Assembly: GCA_977017645.1 (NCBI GenBank)
Contig: OZ360237.1
Location: 29,884,001 to 29,948,000 of the forward strand
DNA: 64,000 nucleotides
Origin: Torpedo marmorata
Taxonomy: Eukaryota
Reading direction: 5' to 3'
Made by a program: the position numbers and the translations under genes. Shown one piece after another: positions 53,329 through 64,000 of the stretch. How positions within the stretch are numbered: the first letter of the stretch is position 1; the number at the start of each line of letters is the position of its first letter. The notes beneath the pieces were generated by a model. The model did no database searches and was not told where the DNA came from. It was given only the letters and a program-made list of their open reading frames with translations.

Positions 53329-55147
53329 GTAAGTGGAGCGTTTTAAAGGCAGAGGAAACCTGTCTTCACAATTCGCTAAATTTCACTATAAAAGGGCCTT
53401 TGGACTCCTGTGAAATCCTAACCCTTTTGCACCTGGCTATGGACCAGTCACTTGTAACACTTATCGATAGAATCCCAAGATTTTGGTACAGATTTTGTTA
53501 ACTATACACTGGACAACAATTTTTTTTTAAATTTAATTTTTTTTAAAAAAAAAGGTTTGCTTTCTGAAAATAAAAAGTTGTGGATTAACTTCAACCTGAA
53601 CACAAAGATAATTTCAGATTTGCTGTATTCATGTAGGATGTTGGAGAAACATTAAATTAACTTTTATTGAATTTAGCGTGTTTAATCGCATAATGATGGT
53701 GACACATTGCGTTGGTTCAACTGACCTAAAAATGTTTTGCCGCTGATTTCCGTTTGTACTCAGCATCTGATGCCTCTCATGTCAGTGTCCAACAACAGTC
53801 GGCCAGCATTGATGGATTCCAGTTGCCCTGATACTGCTTTTCCATGGTCGCAATGTCCTGGTGAAACCTTTCACCACGTTAGTCACTGACTGCACCAAGA
53901 TCAGCAGGGAAGAAGTCCAAGTGCGGATGCAGAAAATGAATTTCCAATTACGTGTTGCATTTCATGGTTTTGTTTGCTTGAAGTAGACTTAAAGTATGAC
54001 AGGAAATCACAAAAATAGGTTATATTTAAAAAAACTGTACACGATTGGAAAATTTTCAGGTGATTTTCGTGATCAGCAGGCCAAAATCCATAAAATACAC
54101 CCAAAAGTGTTCAGGAAGCAAAATCTTCATTGCCCAGTGTTATCAGTGCACTCATTTTTTTTCCAATAACATTTGCTCCCACCTCCTGGCAATGATTTAT
54201 GCAGTAATTTGACTGCAGGGATGACAGCAAACATTCATCAATTCGTGTAAACACTTGTTTTAGTGGGAGTGGAATGAAAAAAAGGAAGCATCAATCATAC
54301 CCTTCACTCAGTTACCATCTGGATATTCCAACAAAGTTTTCTGGACAGTAATTTAGAGTGGAATCCAAGTTTGCTTAAGTGATATTCTTAAAAACAATGT
54401 GGTCTCTTATTTCCTCTGTTCACCTATTACACCCCAGTAAACTGATAACATTGGCAGAACGCTTCAATTTCTCTGGAGTCTGCTCACTACATTACCACTT
54501 CCAATGCCAACCATTTCACTCCCTGCCATTCTTGCCAAGATCAGCTCCTTGTTGCACCATAGTTTGTATATTAAATACTACAAATTAAATATGGACCTCA
54601 AGATAAGGGATACAGATAGTGTTGAGTATGACCAACCGAGAGTGATGTCATATTTCTACTCGGGTAAGTTAATTTAGTTATTACTTTGAGCTATACAATG
54701 GGAATAACTAATCATAGACATGCACTGATACAACAGCACAGCAAGGTTCCAGTGTTATGCCTGCAATGATGTTAAAAATGAAATTTATCAGTACCTGGTA
54801 AGCTTGTTTGAAAACAGTCAAATCTTTTTTGATGCTTGAACTATCAATATTATGCCATAATAATCAAATTGTATTGCAAGGAATCTTGAATTTTTCTTTG
54901 CTAATCATCAAAATATACAATACACTTTAATTAAAAAGAAAACAGAGAATCTTTTCTGCCACAATGAATTCATTAGTCCCAACATTTAAAAAATATTTCA
55001 AATTGTTGACCTGCAGTTCCATATCTTATGTTTGTAAACATCATTGTAACTTAGAATTCCTGATCAGTTGGTTTCAAAATATACAGCAGTCAGACCTTGC
55101 AGCATAGTCAAGGTGGAATTGAAGTGGCCGAGATTTTGATCAGTACT

Positions 55148-55330
<183 letters not shown>

Positions 55331-55965
55331 CTAATAAAACATTGTCAGAACAACTTCTGCACAACGAGTGGTCATTACAAAGCTGATAATGTAACCAATA
55401 AAATTGGGAAATCATTCCCTTCAGTCCTTTATGTGATGCTTTTAAAAGTTAAGAAGAAAGGCAGAGCAATACTAATGTTTTGAAGAGTTGCTGAATTATT
55501 ACAGATATAATTTTACAGAAGTTATATCTTATTCTCTAAAAGGGCTTATTCCAAAGTTAAACAGCAACATTTATGGATACAGCCATACATAGATTAGAAG
55601 GGAATGTTCACAAAAATGATCTGGAAAATAAAAGTGGGGCTTCCTTCTAATGTGATTCTGACAATTCTATTTTAGTCAAAATATGCAATTAACTATTTTG
55701 CTATAAACCTACTGATTAAATTATGAACATGATTTTAAAATCTAGGACTCCATTGCATTCAAATCTGAACAGGTTTAAGCAATCCCCAAATCAATGATTT
55801 AAGCAAACTTGGGGAGAATTTTCATTGCTGCAGAAAACAGTGACTAACATTTTCTGAGAGGCCTGTAAGAGCTGTAAATCTGGAACCAGTCATGCATGTT
55901 TTTCTTGAGCACTTCTGAAATGGCAGTCTCAAGCTGTTAAATACATGCAAGGAATGGAGCACTTA

Positions 55966-56076
<111 letters not shown>

Positions 56077-56923
56077 TTAATGGCATGCTTAATCCAGCTA
56101 GATGTTCACGCACGCCTGTAGTGTAACGTGAGAGCACCATCCCTTCAGAACAGTTTGCTTCAGTTCCATCTGGCTCACTATGGCATATTTCAATTCACAG
56201 GAGATCAATAAAATTACTAGAATGGTTTCACATTCATTGAAAGTGTGTGACGACAACTCATTGAAAATCCACTTAATGATTGTTTTCACACTTCCAGGTG
56301 CCTTATACAAGCACCGGTTGTCTGCACAATCATAAGGTGATGAAATGTTGCTTCCCCTTCTTTGATATAGCCTTATTAACCTACGCCTGTTTTCTCATTA
56401 AGTTGACTGACAGGTTCTACGAATATTTAGAGATTCTAGAGGCGACAAAGTTTATAGCACCCAAGTGGCTTTCACCATCTCTTTTAATTCGCAAAGCCTT
56501 TTATATAAACTTCACAGAGCCTTTTCAAGGCTGTTATTAACAAATAATATTAAAGACTATAAAAAATTAAATTTGAAATCTTTCAATGGTAGGAATCATA
56601 AAACAAAGGCAACTGGCAAAATAACCTTTTTTTTCTCTCTCCCCATACTGAGTGGAATGAATTGCAAGAAGTAGTGGAAGCAGATTCACTGTAGCATTCC
56701 AAAGGGAACTGGATAACTCTCTGAAAACAAAGAATTTGCAGAGCTATGGGGAGCAAGTGCAGGAGCAAGATGAGCTGGACTGGTCTTCAATAGAGCCGGT
56801 ATGAATTGGATGGCTAAATGACCTCCTATTGGTGCTGAAAGAATTCTAAGATTTAAATTTACATCTCAGTTTCTTCATTCATAATACTTCCGATTTAAAT
56901 TTATTTAGGATTTAACAGTTTTA

Positions 56924-57121
<198 letters not shown>

Positions 57122-57544
57122 CTAAGATAAAGAAGATCACAGATATCAATGAGAGACAATTTTAACTGTTTAATTCATCAGGAAATAGTATGGTATACCA
57201 TATTCATATTTTTAAATACTCAGTCTTCTGTAAAAGTTTTAACATGGCCTCATCCTGTGTCTATACTCTCTTCTGGTCTTAGAACACTCCTAATTCTCCA
57301 ATTTTGGTCTCCTAAGTATCTTTGCACCTTTAGCTACCAAATGTCTTCAGCTCCGGACTTAGAGCATAACAGCACAGGACAGGGCCTTCAGCCTACGATG
57401 TTGTGCTGACCTATATATACCTACAAATAAGTTAAACCGTCCCTACATCATAACCCTCTATTTTTCTTTTATCCATGTGCCTGTCTAAGAGTCTCTTAAA
57501 TGCCCCTATTGTTCCAGCTTACCCCTGAGTCTACATTCCCAAGG

Positions 57545-57975
57545 TAAACAAGAAGTCTGCAAATGCTGGCGAACTGAAATAATACACAAAAGTGCTAGAG
57601 GAACTCAGGTCATGCAGCATCCGTGGAAAGCAGAAGGCAGTCGACATTTCAGGCCTGAGCCCTTCATCAGGAATGCCAATTAAAAAAAAAAATCGGGCAA
57701 CCATCTGAATATGAATGTGGTGGGAGGGAGGGAAAAGGGAGGAGCACAAGCTTTCAGATTGGTGTAAGCTAGTGGGAGGAAGAAAAAAAAGGGGAAGGGG
57801 CAGACGGCTGAGAAAGATGCTCTCTGATAGGAGGATGGACAGCTAAAGGAAGGAAGATGTAGGTGACAGGCAGGGGAAAGAGAAGGAAAGGAGACAGTGA
57901 TGAGAGAAAGCAAAGGGGGAAGAGAAAAAAGAGAACAGGGGCAAGGGGTTACTTGAAATTGGAGGTTGATAGTCT
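57545..57975 (-). mobile_element. Penelope-like 3' fragment with hammerhead motif in an EXT2 intron
   Basis: Minus strand GGCATTCCTGATGAAGGGCTCAGGCCTGAAATGTCGACTGCC plus the pyrimidine-rich pLTR body. Confidence 0.7.
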
Positions 57976-58554
57976 GCATTACCTTCTCCTGTAAAATATT
58001 CCCCAAAACTTCTCTCTCTGATCAGTCCTGTTGCATCTACTTCAAAATTCTTATGCAGTGCAATGAAAAAATAATTTTATCGTGTTCCTATAAAGGACAT
58101 TGGAATATTTTATTGCATTAATACATTACATAAATGCATTGTTATACAATTTAATAAATGAGCTATGAATTTCTTGGAAAAATAAGTTCTGACCATTTGA
58201 AACGACCAGAAATTTTGTTCCCTCCAGTTCCTTCAAACTATTATGCATGATTGTCCATGTACATGATAGATGATTTAAATTAATTAAGATTTAAAATAAG
58301 TACTATCCTTCAATGTAGCAACATAAAAGTAATGCTTACAGATAAAAGAAATTTAAAAATGTATTTTTAAAAAAATAATTGAAATAATTGAAATGCCAAA
58401 AGAAAAATGAACAGAAATAGGGAAAGATAATCATAGCTAAGTAGTAAGAAGGGATTGTGGGAAGGTCAAAGAAAAATACAATAAACGATGAAAGCATGCG
58501 GATTTTGAATCAATTTTCACCAGTAAAATCTGCTGAGTGACCTTTGGCAAAATA

Positions 58555-59869
58555 CCGTATTTGATGGCATATAGGACACCCCCAACCCACTTTTAGCGTG
58601 AGATTTCAGGAAAAATTTGTTTTTGTGTATTTACCTTCACAGCAGCAACACGTCCTCCTGCCCGCCGCACGCCGAGGCTCAGGTTGCTTCCCCCCCACTG
58701 TCCAAACGCCGATTGATTGACAGGTGTGCCGGGACCCGCGGGAGCGTGAGGGTGGGAGGGAGATAAGCCAGGACAACGGGCAGGGCCCAGACCCACCGTC
58801 GCGGGGAGCAGACGATCGATCGCTTTCTTTGAGGGGAGCGCCGGTGATCAGGCTCCACGCTGAGCCTTTGTTCGACGCGCACGGCCCCCCGAACAGATTG
58901 AGGTGCGGGGGCGGGTGGCAGTGAGCGAGCAGCCTGTGGAGTTGAGATTGACAGGCCGCTCGCTCACTGCCACCCGCCCCCGCGCCTCATTCAATTTGCT
59001 CGAGGGTCCGTGCTCGCTGAACAAAGCCTGATCATCGAGGCCCAGCACTCCCCTCAAAGCACTGTTGGTGAGAGCGAGCGGGCGGGAGGGAGAGAGCGGG
59101 AGAGGACGGGCGAGCGCGGGTAGGAAGGAAAGAGCGGGCAGGCGGGAAGGAGAGAGCGAGCGGGCAGGCAGGAGAGCGAACGGGAGGGAGAGAGCGAGCA
59201 GGCGGGCAGGAAAGCGAACGGGAGGGAGAGAGTGGGCGGGCGGGGAGAGCGAACAGGAGGGAGAGAGTGGGCGGGCGGGCAGGAGAGCGAACTGGAGGGA
59301 GAGAGCAAGCGGGCGGGCAGGAGAGAGCGAACGGGAGGGAGAGAGCGGGCGGGCAGGAGAGAGCAAACGGGAGGGAGAGAGCGAGTGGACGGGCAGGAGA
59401 GAGCGAACAGGAGGGAGAGAGCGGGCGGGCAGGAGAGAGCGAACGGGAGGGAGAGAGCAGGCGGGCAGGAGAGAGCGAACGGGAGGGAGTGAGTGGGCGG
59501 GCAGGAGAGAGCGAATGGGAGGGAGAGAGCAGGCGGGCAGGAGAGAGCGAACGGGAGGGAGTGAGTGGTTGGGCAGGAGAGAGCGAACGGGAAGGAGTGA
59601 GCAGGCGGGCAGGAGAGAGCGAACTGGAGGGAGAGAGCGAGCGGGCGGGCAGGAGGGAGAGAGCGAGCCTTCTTACCGGGGGAAGTGAGCGGTGGCGGCG
59701 ACTCCGCAAAGCACGTGCCACCCAAGGGAAGGTGGTCCACGAAGCTGCGGGCCCGCTTCCTGGACTCCACTCTGTGCCCAAAATGGCGGCACCAAAATGT
59801 CACCTTCGCGTATAAGACCCGGGGTGGTTTTTGGGAAAAAAGGGGGGTCTTATATGCTGTCAAATATGG
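58555..59869. mobile_element. Non-autonomous Tc1/mariner (Tc2-like) DNA transposon in an EXT2 intron
   Basis: TIRs CCGTATTTGATGGCATATAGGAC / GTCTTATATGCTGTCAAATATGG, flanked by TA; GC-rich interior. Confidence 0.85.
59068..59668. repeat. ~36-bp purine-rich minisatellite inside the Tc2-like element
   Basis: Unit approximately GCGGGCAGGAGAGAGCGAACGGGAGGGAGAGAGCAG, roughly 15-16 variant copies. Confidence 0.9.
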
Positions 59870-60687
59870 TATGTATGCATCACAGAGGCAAAAAATTGAG
59901 ACATGGGTTCTAAAATTATATGAAGTTTTGCATGACTTTTCCCCTGCGCTGAACAAGAATTTTAAAACAGCAAAAACGGAGGCCTGGAGTACATAAACAA
60001 ATTTTCAAATGTGGTTGGTACAACGAGAAAACCATAAGAGAAATTATGGTACTTTCATTATATTGGTAGCATTCAAAGGAAGAAATATTTATCTTCATAA
60101 AACCTGTTTAGGCCTCAGTTAAAATAAGGTGGAAATTCTGTACTTGTACTTCAGGAAAGAAGTTGAAGAATTTCCCTCATGTTCGTTCTCGACTCAAAAA
60201 AATACTGTTCTATACATTTTGCCCCCTCCCTCAAGTTCATAAAGTACTGAAATCAAGATTTAGTTCAAAATCTAATTTTAACTACCGGTAATTCTTTCTC
60301 TGCACTGGAAAACGGAGAGACTCCTTACTTCTAGTCTTCCTTTCAGACTTGTAAATTCAGTGTCACCTAATTGATTCTTACTTGCCTCATTCAGTTCAAA
60401 GAATTAGGTGTTCTGACAACATGTCCAAAAAAATGTGAATATTCCATTTTTTGTACGTCCATAATATTGAGCGTACATATCCAGAGACGCTCCTTGGGAT
60501 TCTACAGATTGCATCTGTCCACTTCTATCTGGATAACTGCAATAATTCACCATTCTTTTATTTGTCATTTAATTAACTTGGATTTCAATTTATACCTGAT
60601 AATTTGTACAAAACAATGCTAAATGCAATTCACTTTGAACATAATTCACTCAACAAATCACAGAATCATAGAATAACACAGCACAAA

Positions 60688-61214
60688 TGTGTTGTCCTGG
60701 CTGGCTGCATCATCGTGTGGTGCGGTTGCTGCAGAGAAATGGATCGGAGGTCAATCCACAGGACCATAAGACTGGGAGAGAGGATCACTGCAGTCTCCCT
60801 CCCCTTCATCGACGTGATCCACTCTCCATCAACGTGATCTACTGGGATCGTTGTCTGAAGAGGGTGTGCAAAATCATTGAGGACCCCTTCCACCCTGCAC
60901 ACAGCATCTTTCAGCTGCTCCCGTCGGGAAAGAGATACAGGAGTATCAGAGCCAGCACCACCAGGCTGAGGAACAACTTCGATTTACGGGCAGTGAGAAT
61001 GCTGAACAACCAAAGGAACTTCTCACACTAACAATCTCGTATTCATGAAACAATATTTATTTATATAGATGAAATACTTGTCCTCCATATGTATTGTTTG
61101 TCTGTATGTGTGTTATGTCTGGTTGTGTGTCTGCATGTTTTGCACTGAGGACCAGAGAATGCTGTTTCGTCGGGTTATACTTGTACAATCAGATGACAGT
61201 AAACTTGACTTGAC
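60688..61214 (+). mobile_element. Rex1/Babar LINE 3' fragment
   Basis: GCIIVW.G and KIIEDPFHPAHSIFQLLPSGKRYRSIRASTTRLRNNF motifs; tail (ACTTG)n. Confidence 0.85.
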
Positions 61215-61639
61215 ATAAACAAGTCAAACCATGATGTACTAATCATATTTGACTGCACTAGGCCCATATCCTTCTATGCCTCCATGCCTTTCTTATCCAG
61301 GTTCCTGTCCAAATACCTTTTAAACATTGTATCTGGCTTTACCATCCCCATCTGGTAGCTTGTTTGAGATATTCAGCATCTTCCATGTGGAAAAACTTGG
61401 ATCTCCTTTAAATTTCTCCCTCTCCTCTTAAACCTGTGCCCTCCAGTTTTGGACTACCATGCCCTGGGAAAAGGACTAACTATCCAGTCTATGCCCACAA
61501 TTTTCTCACGTTATCAACAATTTTGTATTTTAAAGGAGTGTATTGTATTATGTATTTGGAAATTCTTGATAACCAATGTCAATTTTGTACATTCACAACT
61601 AAATTAATTCTAATCTTAGTGCATTTTTGAAATATACTA

Positions 61640-61786
<147 letters not shown>

Positions 61787-62004
61787 CTACACATGGTCAG
61801 AAATTCCAAACATTGTTAGTGGTTTAAGACAGAATTCAGAACCTGTTGATTCAGTCATTAACCTCCATTATACACTGTGAATGATGTGAAATTACCAGTG
61901 ATTAGATTTGACCTGAGTCAATATTATATTTTGTCACTAGAAATAATAAAAATCCACATTTACAAGCACAGAGAAGTATAGTCTTCTCAGGGATAGTCCA
62001 CATG

Positions 62005-63200
62005 GGGCAAGTCGTGTCTCACAAGCCTCATTGAGTTTTTTCAGGAAGTAATTAATGAAGGTAGATGTGGTGTATATGGATTTTAGTAAAGGCATTTGAC
62101 AAGATCCCCCACTCATTCAGAAAGTCACGAAGCATGGGATCCATGGAACCTTGGTTGCGTGGATTCAGAATTGGCTTGCCTGCAGAAAGCAGAGGGTAGG
62201 AGGAGATGGAACACATTCTGTCTGGAGGTCAGTGACTAGTAGATTTCTGCAGTGATCTGTTCTGGGACCCCTGCTCTTTGTGATTTTTATTAATGACTTG
62301 GACGAAGAAGTAGAGAGATGGGTCAGTAAGTATGAAGTTGACACGGTTGGAAGCGTTGTGGATAGTGTAGAAGGTTGTCTTAGGATAGAACACGATATAG
62401 ACAGGATGCAGCATTGAGTGGAAAAGTGGCAGATGGAGTTCAATCCGTATAAGTGTGAAGTGATGCATTTTGGAAGGTCAAATTTGAGGGCAGAGTACAT
62501 GGACCTTGGGGGTCCAAATTCATAGATCTCTCAAGGTTGCTGCGCAATAAGGTAGTTAAAAAATCTATGGTTTGCTGGGTTTCATTAGTCAGGGGACTGA
62601 GTTCAAGATTGAGGTAATGTTGGAGCTCGATAAAACACGTTAGACCACACTTGGAATATTGTGTTCAGTTCTGGTTGCCTCATTGCAGGAAGAATATGGA
62701 AGCATTGGAGAGGGTGCAGAGGAGATTTACCAGGATGGTGCCTGGATTACAGACATGTCTTTTGAGGCATGGTTAACAGAGGTAGGGCTTTTCTCTTTGA
62801 AGCAAAGAAGGATGAGAGGTGACTTGATAGAGGTCTACAAGATTATGAGAGGCATAGATAGGGTGGACAGCAAGCAGCTTTTTTTAATGGGGCGACAGTA
62901 GCAATCACCAGAGATATCTGTACAAGGTGAAGGGAAGAAACTTTAGGGGAGACATCAAGGTGAAGTTTTTTTTTTATATACACAGGGTTTTGTGGATGCC
63001 TGGAATACATTGCCAGGGGTGGTGGTGGAGGCTGGTACAAAAGGGACATTTAAAAGACTCGTAGAAAGGCACATGGATGCAAGAAAAATAGAGGGTTATG
63101 GGTGTGAGGTAGGGAAGGTTTAGATTGCTGAGTAGGTTTATATAGGTCAGCACAATATCGTGGGCCGAAGGGCCTGTACTGTGCTGTAATATTCTATGTT
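62005..63200 (+). mobile_element. CR1-type LINE, truncated and degenerate
   Basis: Decayed RT motifs (SCLTSLIEFF, GSVLGPLLFVIFINDLD, KWQMEFNP.KCEVMHFG) plus the CR1 tail GGGCCGAAGGGCCTGTACTGTGCTGT. Confidence 0.85.
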
Positions 63201-63867
63201 TTATTATTGAATATCAACAAAAATGCTGAAAATACTTAGCAGGTCAGGTAGATCTGTGAAAAGAAATATCGACCCTTAATCAGAACTGGGAAAGAGAGAA
63301 AGCAAATTAGTTTAAGTGGCAAAGAATGTACTGGAGGGAAAAGTGTGAAACAAAGGGAATGTCTGCAAAAGAATTAAATAATATGGCTATTAAATGGACA
63401 GTTGTCGTGTTTCTGCAGCACTTTTGTGTTTTTGTTCCAGATTTCCACCATCTGCAATTTTCATTTATTATGAAGTGGAGAGGGCAAGGGGAAACCGTAG
63501 GAGAAACAACATCTGCCTTTTTAAAAAATCCCTTCCTACCATCTAGGGACCTAAATGGCCCAAATAAAGCAGCAATTAATTTGGACATCAAATTTAATGC
63601 ATTGTATTCAGTGCTCATAATGCAGTCTCCTCCACATTCTGAGAAACCAAATACAGAGCAAAGCTCCTCCGTTCCATACACAAAGATGACTGTGGCCTTT
63701 AGTCCCTCTCTTTTCACCTCCAACAAAGCTCAACTTAAGCTTGTGAAAGAGCACCTCATCTGACTTTTAGAGACGTTACAGCCCTCACCAATTCTGATGC
63801 TAGGTCGTCAAATTGGAAACATTATCTCAGCTTGCTCTTCTCTGGAAATGCTACCGATTTCCAGTTT

Positions 63868-64000
63868 AGACATAGACATATATAGACATACAGCATGGTA
63901 ACAGGCCCTTTCGGCCCACGAGCCTGTGCCACCCAATTAACATACAACCCCCGGTACATTTTGAACGGTGGGAGGAAACCCACGCAGACACAGGGAGAAT
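63868..64000 (-). mobile_element. SINE 3' part, same family as 47152 (runs off the window)
   Basis: Reverse complement resembles the body and tail of the SINE at 47152. Confidence 0.7.

Noticed and set aside
56299-56336. Plus-strand micro-exon (ttccag|GTGCC...ATAAG|gtgatg) as a continuation of the 53042 gene
   Set aside because: Weak donor and no recognisable protein motif; cannot be supported from sequence alone.
58848-59956. Long overlapping ORFs (170-300 aa)
   Set aside because: Artefacts of a stop-free 36-bp minisatellite; low-complexity translations in most frames.

Overview
Vertebrate genomic DNA; the repeat content and proteins suggest a cartilaginous fish, possibly a ray. The window covers the conserved tail-to-tail ALX4-EXT2 locus: ALX4 coding exons 2-4 on the + strand (exon 1 lies upstream) and the last four coding exons of EXT2 on the - strand. 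ALX4 intron 3 (~30.6 kb) is expanded by transposons. These include a very young Gmr1-type Gypsy LTR element with one uninterrupted Gag-PR-IN-(RT remnant)-RNaseH ORF lacking the RT catalytic palm, a multi-level nest (CR1 > Rex/Babar > hAT and L1), MITEs, and Penelope-like elements carrying minimal hammerhead ribozyme motifs. Between the 3' ends of ALX4 and EXT2 is an unexpected CpG-rich promoter-like island with an ATG-initiated first-exon-like ORF that resembles a miniature PI31/PSMF1 protein. All calls were made by eye without database searches; boundaries of old repeats are approximate.
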